Shown one piece after another: positions 1 through 7,588 of a DNA stretch of 64,000 bases. The stretch comes from an uncultured Desulfatitalea sp. (GTDB taxonomy: Bacteria; Desulfobacterota; Desulfobacteria; Desulfobacterales; Desulfosarcinaceae). The stretch is from the NCBI GenBank assembly GCA_963668675.2, contig CAXXMB010000001.1, forward strand, positions 1,408,001 through 1,472,000, written 5' to 3'. The translations under genes and the position numbers were made by a program. Position 1 is the first letter of the stretch. Each line of letters begins with the position of its first letter. The notes beneath the pieces are model-generated. The model was not told the origin of the DNA, searched no databases, and saw only the letters and a list, made by a program, of their open reading frames with translations.

Positions 1-2
1 TC

Positions 3-113
3 CTCAATTTGAAACACACCAGCGGAAACAGAAGCAAGGCTTCAAAATTAATGGATATTCAACGCACCTACCTCTCCCGCCTTATCTCGAAATTCGAGGT
101 AAAAGGCATTTAA
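3..113 (+). CDS. 3' end of a Fis-type HTH protein, probably a sigma54-dependent activator (partial)
   Basis: Frame 3 reads LNLKHTSGNRSKASKLMDIQRTYLSRLISKFEVKGI*, resembling the GN+s+AA+lLgi+R+tL C-terminal HTH of NtrC/Fis proteins. Confidence 0.75.
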   Translation, partial: LNLKHTSGNRSKASKLMDIQRTYLSRLISKFEVKGI

Positions 114-430
114 TCCCATCGCCTGAGTCTTACCGGTTCAAATGGTAAGAGAACGTTTCTTTAGGCGGGGCTGACGTGTTCGAAAAAATGACACCACAAT
201 CAAACCATTGACAATCAACGGCACCCGGCTTGCCGATATTTGTCACACCGTTCCATTCAAGCCACTATTCGAGAATGCCGGACGAGCCAGCATCATCTCC
301 ACTTGAAAAGTTTCATCTGATGGCCCAGAGCCTTTTCCAGCGTTGATTTCTCACAAAATCCCACCGAAGTTTCAACGTGCTGATCCCAATTATTCGGTTT
401 AAAAAAAATATGCTGAACAGAGGCCAACAA

Positions 431-446
431 TGGCACTGTATTTGCA
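431..446 (+). promoter_or_regulatory. sigma54 (-24/-12) promoter
   Basis: TGGCAC-TGTAT-TTGCA, exact consensus; AT tract upstream (398-411); ~70 nt before ORF at 518. Confidence 0.8.
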
Positions 447-517
447 GAGTTTTTCCACGTTCATAACAAGCTTGATATTCAAAGAGCGGCGTTCGGGCCG
501 GGAAGAGGCATAGGGAA

Positions 518-874
518 ATGCGAGCAGCGCAAAACAGACTTCAAAACAGTGAATCTCTTATGTCACCACCCGAGCACTTTCACAGCGTCGAATTCGTCAT
601 CCGGTCACCGCATCCCATCTACCAATTCAAACTGTGGCGCTCGGAGTGCAATCAGTTTTTTTTACTGGTCAAAGACAGCTCAACAGTGCTGGCCCAGCTA
701 AAGGTGGGAAATATTTTGCCGATGAAATACCATTGTGGTGAAACCGCAATGCAGACAGAAGTTCGCGACACCCAAATCGAGAGCATCATCAATGAAGAGG
801 AGGGGCGCTTCAGGGGGCACCATCGGGTAGAGTTGGCCATCGTCCCCATAGAGAATAGAGCGGCTGTCCAATAA
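518..874 (+). CDS. Hypothetical protein, PilZ-like beta-barrel (degenerate)
   Basis: SVEF...YQFKLW...LLVKDSS.VL..LKVG.IL.MKY...EGRFRGHHRVELAI resembles small PilZ-like proteins of Desulfobacterales (recalled); start could be 560. Confidence 0.55.
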   Translation: MRAAQNRLQNSESLMSPPEHFHSVEFVIRSPHPIYQFKLWRSECNQFFLLVKDSSTVLAQLKVGNILPMKYHCGETAMQTEVRDTQIESIINEEEGRFRGHHRVELAIVPIENRAAVQ

Positions 875-920
875 GGTATAAATAAAATTAACCAAAAGTA
901 GACAGACAAACGATATTGAC

Positions 921-1847
921 ATGAGCAAACACTTCACAGTTCTGGTTATCGACGATAAAGGCAGCCCGGTCCGCGAAAGGGCATTTTCCAAAGGACTAAT
1001 GGCCACGCTGGCTGTAATTGTTTTTATTGCATTAACGGCCTTCGGCACAGGTGCTTACCACTACGTGCGCCTCTATCGGGCGGTCGCCGAAAAGGGGCAT
1101 ATGCAGTCCCAGATCACACAGCAGCGGGCCGATATCGAAAACCAACACAAACAGCTGCAGGCGTTTGCCCAAAATATCAATGAATTAAAGTCCAACCTCA
1201 TCTCTCTCAATGAGTTTGAGAATAAAATACGCATTTTGGCAAACCTGGAGCATAAAGCCGATCAGGCCTCCCTATTTGCCATCGGTGGATCCATGCCCGA
1301 TGACCTGAATACGGACCTACCCCTCAAGGAGGACCACGACCAGCTTGTCCGAGACATGCATGCGCAAATCAACCAGGTTACCCAGGCTTCCGAAGTTCAG
1401 CAAAACAGCTTTGAAACACTGCTCACCTCCTTGAAGAGCAAGCGCAACCTGCTGGCTGCCACGCCATCCCTGCGCCCTGCCAAGGGATGGGTCTCTTCCG
1501 ATTTCGGCTATCGCGTATCGCCCTTTACCGGGCGACGGGAATTTCACAAGGGGTTGGACATCGCCAATCATCAAGGCACTCCGATCATCGCCCCTGCCGA
1601 CGGTGTTGTCACGTATGCAAAGAACAAATGGCTGATAGGAAATATGATCACCATCGATCACGGCTATGGCATACTAACGCGATATGGTCACCTTCACAAA
1701 ATACTTAAGAACAAAGGGGAACGTGTTAAGCGGGGGGAGACCATTGCCTTAATGGGAAATACAGGACGCAGCACCGGGCCCCATGTGCACTATGAAGTCC
1801 GACTCAATGGCGTGCCTGTAAATCCGATGAAATATATTCTGGATTGA
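921..1847 (+). CDS. M23 family metallopeptidase with N-terminal TM and coiled coil
   Basis: HKGLD and STGPHVHYEV zinc motifs; hydrophobic N-terminal segment; coiled-coil middle. Confidence 0.93.
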   Translation: MSKHFTVLVIDDKGSPVRERAFSKGLMATLAVIVFIALTAFGTGAYHYVRLYRAVAEKGHMQSQITQQRADIENQHKQLQAFAQNINELKSNLISLNEFENKIRILANLEHKADQASLFAIGGSMPDDLNTDLPLKEDHDQLVRDMHAQINQVTQASEVQQNSFETLLTSLKSKRNLLAATPSLRPAKGWVSSDFGYRVSPFTGRREFHKGLDIANHQGTPIIAPADGVVTYAKNKWLIGNMITIDHGYGILTRYGHLHKILKNKGERVKRGETIALMGNTGRSTGPHVHYEVRLNGVPVNPMKYILD

Positions 1848-1894
1848 TAATGGTTCAGCGACTGGGGGTGCATGGGTCAAAGATGCGAACGCCA

Positions 1895-2209
1895 ATGAAA
1901 AAACTACTCATCATACTGAGCGTTCTTAGCCTGACCTGGGCGATGGTGGGTTGTTCGCTATTTGTGTCGCCTCCCCGAATGGCGCGCATCCATATCAAAG
2001 GACCGGCGAACCAATCCAACGAATTCATTTTCTCCCTCGAAGACCCTACCCAGGACGATATGGATATTCGTCTATCAGATCGTTATGCGATTCAGCTCGA
2101 TCTGCAATGGCTCTGGTATGAGAGGGAAGATTTCAAAAAAGAGGAGCATGTTGCCGAAGTCACCAACACGCCGCTTGCCCCCTGGTTTATCTGCAAGTAT
2201 CGGTTTTAG
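1895..2209 (+). CDS. Putative lipoprotein of unknown function
   Basis: MKKLLIILSVLSLTWAMVGC signal peptide ending in a lipobox-like MVGC. Confidence 0.65.
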   Translation: MKKLLIILSVLSLTWAMVGCSLFVSPPRMARIHIKGPANQSNEFIFSLEDPTQDDMDIRLSDRYAIQLDLQWLWYEREDFKKEEHVAEVTNTPLAPWFICKYRF

Positions 2210-2257
2210 CTGGCTGTCGGTTGCGAATAGATAGTACCCCCTGAACCCATCCCTGTC

Positions 2258-2289
2258 AGCACCCGACCACCGAGGTCGGGTGCTTTTTT
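2258..2289 (+). terminator. Rho-independent terminator
   Basis: AGCACCCGACC-accga-GGTCGGGTGCT 11-bp stem followed by T run, between convergent genes. Confidence 0.85.
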
Positions 2290-3583
2290 ATGCCGCCAGT
2301 TCCCTGAATACCTCTTCTGCTGCCTGGATCGTTGCGTTGATGTCGCTCTCATCATGGGCCGCCGATACAAACAACGCCTCGAATTGGGATGGCGCAAGGT
2401 AGATGCCTTTGGCCAACATGCCCCTATAGTAGGCCGAGAATCGATCCAAATTGGATTCTTTCGCATCTGCGAAATTGTGCACCGGACCGCCGGTCATAAA
2501 AAGCCCCAACATGGATCCCACACGTGTTGCATACACCTCTATTCCAGCAGATTCGGCAGCACGCTTCAAGCCGTTCGACAACTGTTTCGATTTGTCCGCC
2601 AGCGTTTCATAAAAACCCGGCTTGCCCAACACCTTCAGTTGGGCAATGCCCGCCGCCATGGCGAGCGGGTTTCCGGAGAGCGTACCGGCCTGGTAAACCG
2701 CCCCCTGAGGCGCCATTTGAGCCATAAGATCGTGCCGTCCACCATAAGCACCCACAGGCAGTCCACCACCTATGATTTTACCGAAACATGTGAGATCCGG
2801 CCTGATACCGTACAAACTCTGGGCACCACCGTAAGCCACACGAAACCCCGTCATCACCTCGTCAAAGATCAATATGCTGCCGTTGCGATCACAGTTGCGA
2901 CGCAATGACCCCAGAAACCCATCTTTCGGGGGGACCAACCCCATGTTGCCGGCCACAGGCTCAACAATGACGGCTGCTATTTGGTCACCCTTCTCCCTGA
3001 TGATCCGTTCGACTGCTTCACTGTCGTTATAAGGGATCGAAACAGTGTGCGAGATAACAGCGTCCGGCACCCCAGGGCTTCCGGCAATGGCCAAAGTGGC
3101 GACTCCCGACCCAGCCTCAACGAGCAGCGTGTCGGCATGGCCATGGTAACAGCCGTCGAACTTGACGATCACATCACGACCGGTGGCCGCACGCGCCAGG
3201 CGTATCGCGCTCATGGTCGCTTCGGTGCCTGAATTGACCATGCGCACCATCTCCACCGACGGTACGGCATCGACAACCATCTGGGCCATCTCGACTTCCA
3301 GTTCGGTGGGTGCGCCATAGCTGGTCCCCTGGGCCAAGACGGCCGTGATCGCTTCGATAACTGCCGGATGGCGATGCCCGAGAATCATCGGGCCCCAGGA
3401 GCCGACATAATCGATGTAGCTGTTGCCGTCTGCATCGATGATGCGGTCCCCCTCCGCACGGCGGATAAAGAGAGGCGTCGCCCCTACTGAACGGCAGGCG
3501 CGGACTGGACTGTTGACACCGCCCGGAATCAGTTCTTTGGCACGTTCAAACAGACGTTTTGAGGTGTCGTAAGGCATGGTCAT
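2288..3583 (-). CDS. hemL: Glutamate-1-semialdehyde 2,1-aminomutase
   Basis: IPGGVNSPVRA, SGTEATMSAIRLAR, FDEVMTGFR, FGKIIGGGLPVGA (PLP Lys), GTLSGNPLAMAAG. Confidence 0.98.
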   Translation of the reverse strand: MTMPYDTSKRLFERAKELIPGGVNSPVRACRSVGATPLFIRRAEGDRIIDADGNSYIDYVGSWGPMILGHRHPAVIEAITAVLAQGTSYGAPTELEVEMAQMVVDAVPSVEMVRMVNSGTEATMSAIRLARAATGRDVIVKFDGCYHGHADTLLVEAGSGVATLAIAGSPGVPDAVISHTVSIPYNDSEAVERIIREKGDQIAAVIVEPVAGNMGLVPPKDGFLGSLRRNCDRNGSILIFDEVMTGFRVAYGGAQSLYGIRPDLTCFGKIIGGGLPVGAYGGRHDLMAQMAPQGAVYQAGTLSGNPLAMAAGIAQLKVLGKPGFYETLADKSKQLSNGLKRAAESAGIEVYATRVGSMLGLFMTGGPVHNFADAKESNLDRFSAYYRGMLAKGIYLAPSQFEALFVSAAHDESDINATIQAAEEVFRELAA

Positions 3584-3758
3584 TCCTTTCGTGTATCAAT
3601 GGCGCGTTTGACATATGGTCAAAGAGAAGCAAAAATATCAGACCACATGGCAAGGGTCAAGGCGGCATCCTTGAGGGGGCTGATGGTGAAGTGATGGTTC
3701 AGCCCCCATGTGTTGAACCCAGATTATTAAGCCGGCTATAAAATAAGAAAATGCACAG

Positions 3759-4490
3759 ATGACACCCAAAGAGACGAAGAAGCTCGAGAAGTTCCTGCTC
3801 TATGTATTGTCCCGCAGGCCCGACGAATTTGGCCTTCTGCCCGATGCCCAGGGATACGTCAAGTTAAAGACGCTTCTCCAGGCACTGCATGAAGAGGCGG
3901 GGTGGAAGCACATCAGACGGGCCAATATCAACGCGGTGATGTTGATGAGAAAGCCGCCGGCCATCGAAATCGATACCAACGGCATACGCGCTTGCCAAAG
4001 GGACCACATGCCCCCTGTCGAATTACCCGACAAGTTACCCAAGCTGCTCTACACCTCCATCCGCCACCGGGCCCATCGATCAATACACGCAAAGGGCCTC
4101 TATCCAGGCGCACTTCCTCACATCCTCTTGTCGCCCGACCCCGCCATGGCCAGACGCCTGGGTCTGCGCACGGACAACGAACCTGTCCAACTCACGGTCC
4201 AGACAGCCAGCGCCATCGACGCCGGCACCTCTTTTCGTAAATTCGGCGAGAGCCTCTATCTTGCAGACTTTCTTGCACCCGACACCTTCAGCGCCCCCCC
4301 CCTGCCAAAAGAGCAACCCGATACAAGGGAGCCCCAACCGAAGAAGGCTCCGCAACGCAGTGAAACCCCTGGCAGTTACTTCCCCGACCTGGGAGACATG
4401 GAAAACAAGCCGAAACATCACCGCAGTGATACGAATTGGAAAAAAAATCGACGCCTGGCACGCAGGGAGAAGGAACGCCAAAGGCGTTAG
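3759..4490 (+). CDS. KptA/Tpt1 RNA 2'-phosphotransferase-like protein (degenerate active site)
   Basis: KLEKFLLYVLSRRPDEFGLLPDAQGYV.LK.LL N-terminus, IRACQ, LPKLLY and YLADFL segments align with the Tpt1 layout. Confidence 0.8.
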   Translation: MTPKETKKLEKFLLYVLSRRPDEFGLLPDAQGYVKLKTLLQALHEEAGWKHIRRANINAVMLMRKPPAIEIDTNGIRACQRDHMPPVELPDKLPKLLYTSIRHRAHRSIHAKGLYPGALPHILLSPDPAMARRLGLRTDNEPVQLTVQTASAIDAGTSFRKFGESLYLADFLAPDTFSAPPLPKEQPDTREPQPKKAPQRSETPGSYFPDLGDMENKPKHHRSDTNWKKNRRLARREKERQRR

Positions 4491-4577
4491 CGGGCCAACC
4501 AGCATCAGTACGCCGGAAAACCATTGACAACCACAAAAAGACCTGTTACCAACGCCCGGTACTCAGGTACCGAGAAC

Positions 4578-4654
4578 GGGCCGTTAGCTCAACTAGGCAG
4601 AGCACCTGACTCTTAATCAGTAGGTTGAAGGTTCGATTCCTTCACGGCCCACCA
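4578..4654 (+). tRNA. tRNA-Lys (anticodon CTT)
   Basis: GGGCCGT/ACGGCCC acceptor stem, GCTC/GAGC D stem, CT-CTT-AA loop, GAAGG-TTCGATT-CCTTC T arm, encoded CCA. Confidence 0.96.
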
Positions 4655-4663
4655 CCATCGAAT

Positions 4664-4700
4664 TTAAAAAGGGGGCAATCCCAGGATTGCCCCCTTTTAA
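4664..4700 (+). terminator. Rho-independent terminator after tRNA
   Basis: AAAAGGGGGCAATC-ccag-GATTGCCCCCTTTT perfect hairpin with A/T flanks. Confidence 0.9.
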
Positions 4701-4761
4701 GTAGATCGACTTCCTGGCAGCTATCACCAGCGCCATGAAGCCATGAGTATTGCATAGCCCC

Positions 4762-4791
4762 TTGACAATGAATCTGTCATGGTGCTATTTA
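4762..4791 (+). promoter_or_regulatory. Putative sigma70 promoter of rpsF operon
   Basis: TTGACA at 4762, TG-C-TATTTA extended -10-like element with 18-nt spacer. Confidence 0.5.
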
Positions 4792-4821
4792 GGTCATTTT
4801 ATAAATTTGACTAACCGTTGA

Positions 4822-4867
4822 TCCTTGCTCCGACACTATTCAAGGGGCTTTAATATCCACAAGGAGG
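4822..4867 (+). promoter_or_regulatory. Putative S6:S18-responsive rpsF leader RNA
   Basis: TCCTTG pairs with CAAGGA overlapping the SD (AAGGAGG); inner GCTCC/GGGGC helix; directly before rpsF. Confidence 0.6.
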
Positions 4868-4871
4868 TTAT

Positions 4872-5369
4872 ATGCGACGGTACGAAACCATCGTTATCAT
4901 CGACCCAGACATCACCGAAGAAGACCGCACGGCCCTCTTATCCCGAACACAGGAAATCATTCCCCAGCAGGAAGGCGTCTTCATCCAGGAAGATCACTGG
5001 GGGCTTAAGAAAATGGCTTACGAAATTAAAAAGAAGCCACGCGGTTACTATGTGCTGCTGGACTATTGCGGAACAGGCAAAGCAGTCGATGAACTGGAGC
5101 GTTTTTTTCGCATCGATGACCGCGCCATGAAGTACATGACGGTTCAGACAGACCCAAACGCCGATGCCGAAAAAATTCTGGAAGAAATTGCCGAGGCAAA
5201 AAAACAGGCGGAGGCCCCTAAGGAAGTGATGGCAAGCAGCGAAGCCGCACCTGAATCTGAACAGGGTGAAACGAAACCTGCTGAAATCCAACCTGCAGAA
5301 TCACCGACCGAAGCTGAGCCCCAAACGGCAGCAGATAGCACGGCGAGTGAACCCACCCCTGAGAATTAA
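4872..5369 (+). CDS. rpsF: 30S ribosomal protein S6 with long acidic C-terminal tail
   Basis: MRRYETIVIIDP...WGLKKMAYEIKKKPRGYY. Confidence 0.97.
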   Translation: MRRYETIVIIDPDITEEDRTALLSRTQEIIPQQEGVFIQEDHWGLKKMAYEIKKKPRGYYVLLDYCGTGKAVDELERFFRIDDRAMKYMTVQTDPNADAEKILEEIAEAKKQAEAPKEVMASSEAAPESEQGETKPAEIQPAESPTEAEPQTAADSTASEPTPEN

Positions 5370-5381
5370 GAGGAGCGACCC

Positions 5382-5648
5382 ATGAGACATACAGGCGGAA
5401 AAAGACCGGCGGCCAGAAGAAAACGCAGAGTATATCATCGACGTAAAGTCTGCCGCTTCTGTGCAGACAGCAAGATCAAAATCGACTACAAGGATGCCAA
5501 AACCTTACGCTATTTCATTACCGAACGTGGGAAGATTATTCCTCGCAGAATTACCGGCACTTGTGCCACGCATCAACGCAGCCTGACCCTGGCGATCAAA
5601 CGCGCCCGCGTCATCGCACTGTTGCCGTTCGTTGGCACCCTTGATTAA
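5382..5648 (+). CDS. rpsR: 30S ribosomal protein S18 (Zn-binding C+ form)
   Basis: RRKVCRFC...IDYKD...[21 protein letters not shown]...AIKRAR. Confidence 0.98.
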   Translation: MRHTGGKRPAARRKRRVYHRRKVCRFCADSKIKIDYKDAKTLRYFITERGKIIPRRITGTCATHQRSLTLAIKRARVIALLPFVGTLD

Positions 5649-5711
5649 GGCCTGGGTCACTAAAAAAAAGAAATATGACAGTTGCCGGATTTACGGCAAT
5701 GGAGGTTTTGG

Positions 5712-6155
5712 ATGAAAGTCATTCTGAAAGAGACAATAGACTCTCTGGGCATCATCGGCAGTGAAGTCGATGTAAAACCCGGCTATGCCCGCAACTATCT
5801 TCTGCCCCAGGGCAAGGCTGTCCCGGCGACGCCGCAGTATCGCAGCATACTGGCACATGAAAAAGCCAAGTTCGAGCTTCAGATCGCCAAAGAACGCGAG
5901 TTGGCGCAGCAGATGGCCGATCGACTCGAAGGGGTCGAGTGCCAGGTGGCCGCAAAAGTGCATGAAGGCGAACGCCTCTACGGTTCGGTGACGATAAGAG
6001 ACATTATCAATGCGCTGGCGAAAAACGACATCGTTGTAGAAAAGAGGATGGTGTTGCTTACGGAGCCGATCAAAACGATCGGCACCTTTCAAATTCCCAT
6101 TCGCGTCTACAAGGGCGTTAAGCCGGAGATCAAGGTTGAAGTGGTGCCTGAATAA
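5712..6155 (+). CDS. rplI: 50S ribosomal protein L9
   Basis: MKVIL...LG..G..VDVKPGYARNYLLPQGKA; GGAGG SD. Confidence 0.98.
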   Translation: MKVILKETIDSLGIIGSEVDVKPGYARNYLLPQGKAVPATPQYRSILAHEKAKFELQIAKERELAQQMADRLEGVECQVAAKVHEGERLYGSVTIRDIINALAKNDIVVEKRMVLLTEPIKTIGTFQIPIRVYKGVKPEIKVEVVPE

Positions 6156-6168
6156 TGTACGCTTTTAG

Positions 6169-6207
6169 GCCGGACGCTGCTGACGGTACGACATCACAGC
6201 GTCCGGC
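6169..6207 (+). other. Intercistronic GC-rich hairpin between rplI and dnaB
   Basis: GCCGGACGCTG ... CAGCGTCCGGC 11-bp stem without a U tract. Confidence 0.6.
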
Positions 6208-6232
6208 TGAATGCTTCTAAAACGGCCCTTCA

Positions 6233-7588
6233 ATGGTATTGAACCCTAAAAACACCTCCACAGATCTTTCCCTAAAAAAGCTTCCGCCCCAGAGCATTGA
6301 GGCCGAAGAGTCGATTCTCAGCGCCATCTTATTGGACAACAGCACTCTTCTGGATGTTTTAGAACTTCTCAGACCGGAAGACTTCTACCGCACGGCGCAC
6401 CAGACGATCTTCGCCGCCATTGAATCGCTCTTCTCTAAAGCCGAACCTGTTGACCTGATCACCCTGACCAATGCACTGAGAGATAGCAACGATCTTGAAA
6501 AAATCGGCGGGGCCACATACCTGGCAAGAATCGTGGACACGGTGCCCTCGGCGATCAATGTCAGCCATTACGCAAGCATCGTACGGGATAAATCGGCCTT
6601 GCGGCGCCTCATTGCCAGGGCCGGAGAAATTGCCCAACGCTGCTACGAAGATGCCGGTGATTTCGATCAGGTGCTGGATTTTGCCGAAGGGGCCGTGTTT
6701 GAAATATCTGAAAACAAACACAAGGCCGCCTTCCATCCACTCGGCAAAGTCATCGAATCCAATATCGATGCCCTGGAAGAACGACAGGGAAACAAAGCCC
6801 TGATTACCGGAATCCCCACCGGATTCACTCGTTTGGACCACATGACATCGGGCCTGCAAGGTTCAGATCTGATCATCCTGGCGGCCAGACCGGCCATGGG
6901 CAAAACCGCACTGGCCCTGAACATGGCACGCAATGCCGCTTTCGAAAGCAATATACCGGTCGCCATCTTCTCGTTGGAGATGTCCAAAGAGCAGTTATCC
7001 ATGCGTATGCTCTGTTCGGAAGCACGGGTCGACTCCTCGCGCGTAAGAAGCGGCTTTCTCAATCCAGAGGATTGGAATCGCATTACCGATGCTGCCGGGA
7101 CGCTCTCAGAGGCCCCGCTTTTTATCGATGACTCTCCGGACATCTCGACCACCTCCATCCGCACCAAATGCAGACGGCTTAAAATGGACAAGGACCTGGG
7201 GTTGGTCATCATCGATTATCTACAGCTCATGCGCGGCCGCATAGGTACTGAGCGACGCGATTTAGAAATTTCTGAAATATCCAGATCTCTCAAGCTGCTG
7301 GCCAAGGAGCTGAACGTACCGGTGGTTGCTTTATCCCAGCTCAATCGCAAATTGGAAGAGCGCAGCGACAAGCGGCCACAACTGTCAGACCTGAGAGAGT
7401 CGGGAGCATTGGAGCAGGATGCAGATGTGGTCGCCTTCATCTACCGGGATGAAGTGTACAACAAAGATGAGAACAATCCCAATCGCGGTACTGCCGAAGT
7501 CATTCTCTCCAAGCAGCGTAACGGCCCGACAGGCGTTGTTCCACTCACCTTCCTGGGGGCTTACACCCGATTCGAGAATCCGGCATGA
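6233..7588 (+). CDS. dnaB: Replicative DNA helicase
   Basis: PPQSIEAE, AARPAMGKT, IIDYLQL, LSQLNR, SDLRESGALEQDAD, KQRNGP; no intein. Confidence 0.99.
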   Translation: MVLNPKNTSTDLSLKKLPPQSIEAEESILSAILLDNSTLLDVLELLRPEDFYRTAHQTIFAAIESLFSKAEPVDLITLTNALRDSNDLEKIGGATYLARIVDTVPSAINVSHYASIVRDKSALRRLIARAGEIAQRCYEDAGDFDQVLDFAEGAVFEISENKHKAAFHPLGKVIESNIDALEERQGNKALITGIPTGFTRLDHMTSGLQGSDLIILAARPAMGKTALALNMARNAAFESNIPVAIFSLEMSKEQLSMRMLCSEARVDSSRVRSGFLNPEDWNRITDAAGTLSEAPLFIDDSPDISTTSIRTKCRRLKMDKDLGLVIIDYLQLMRGRIGTERRDLEISEISRSLKLLAKELNVPVVALSQLNRKLEERSDKRPQLSDLRESGALEQDADVVAFIYRDEVYNKDENNPNRGTAEVILSKQRNGPTGVVPLTFLGAYTRFENPA

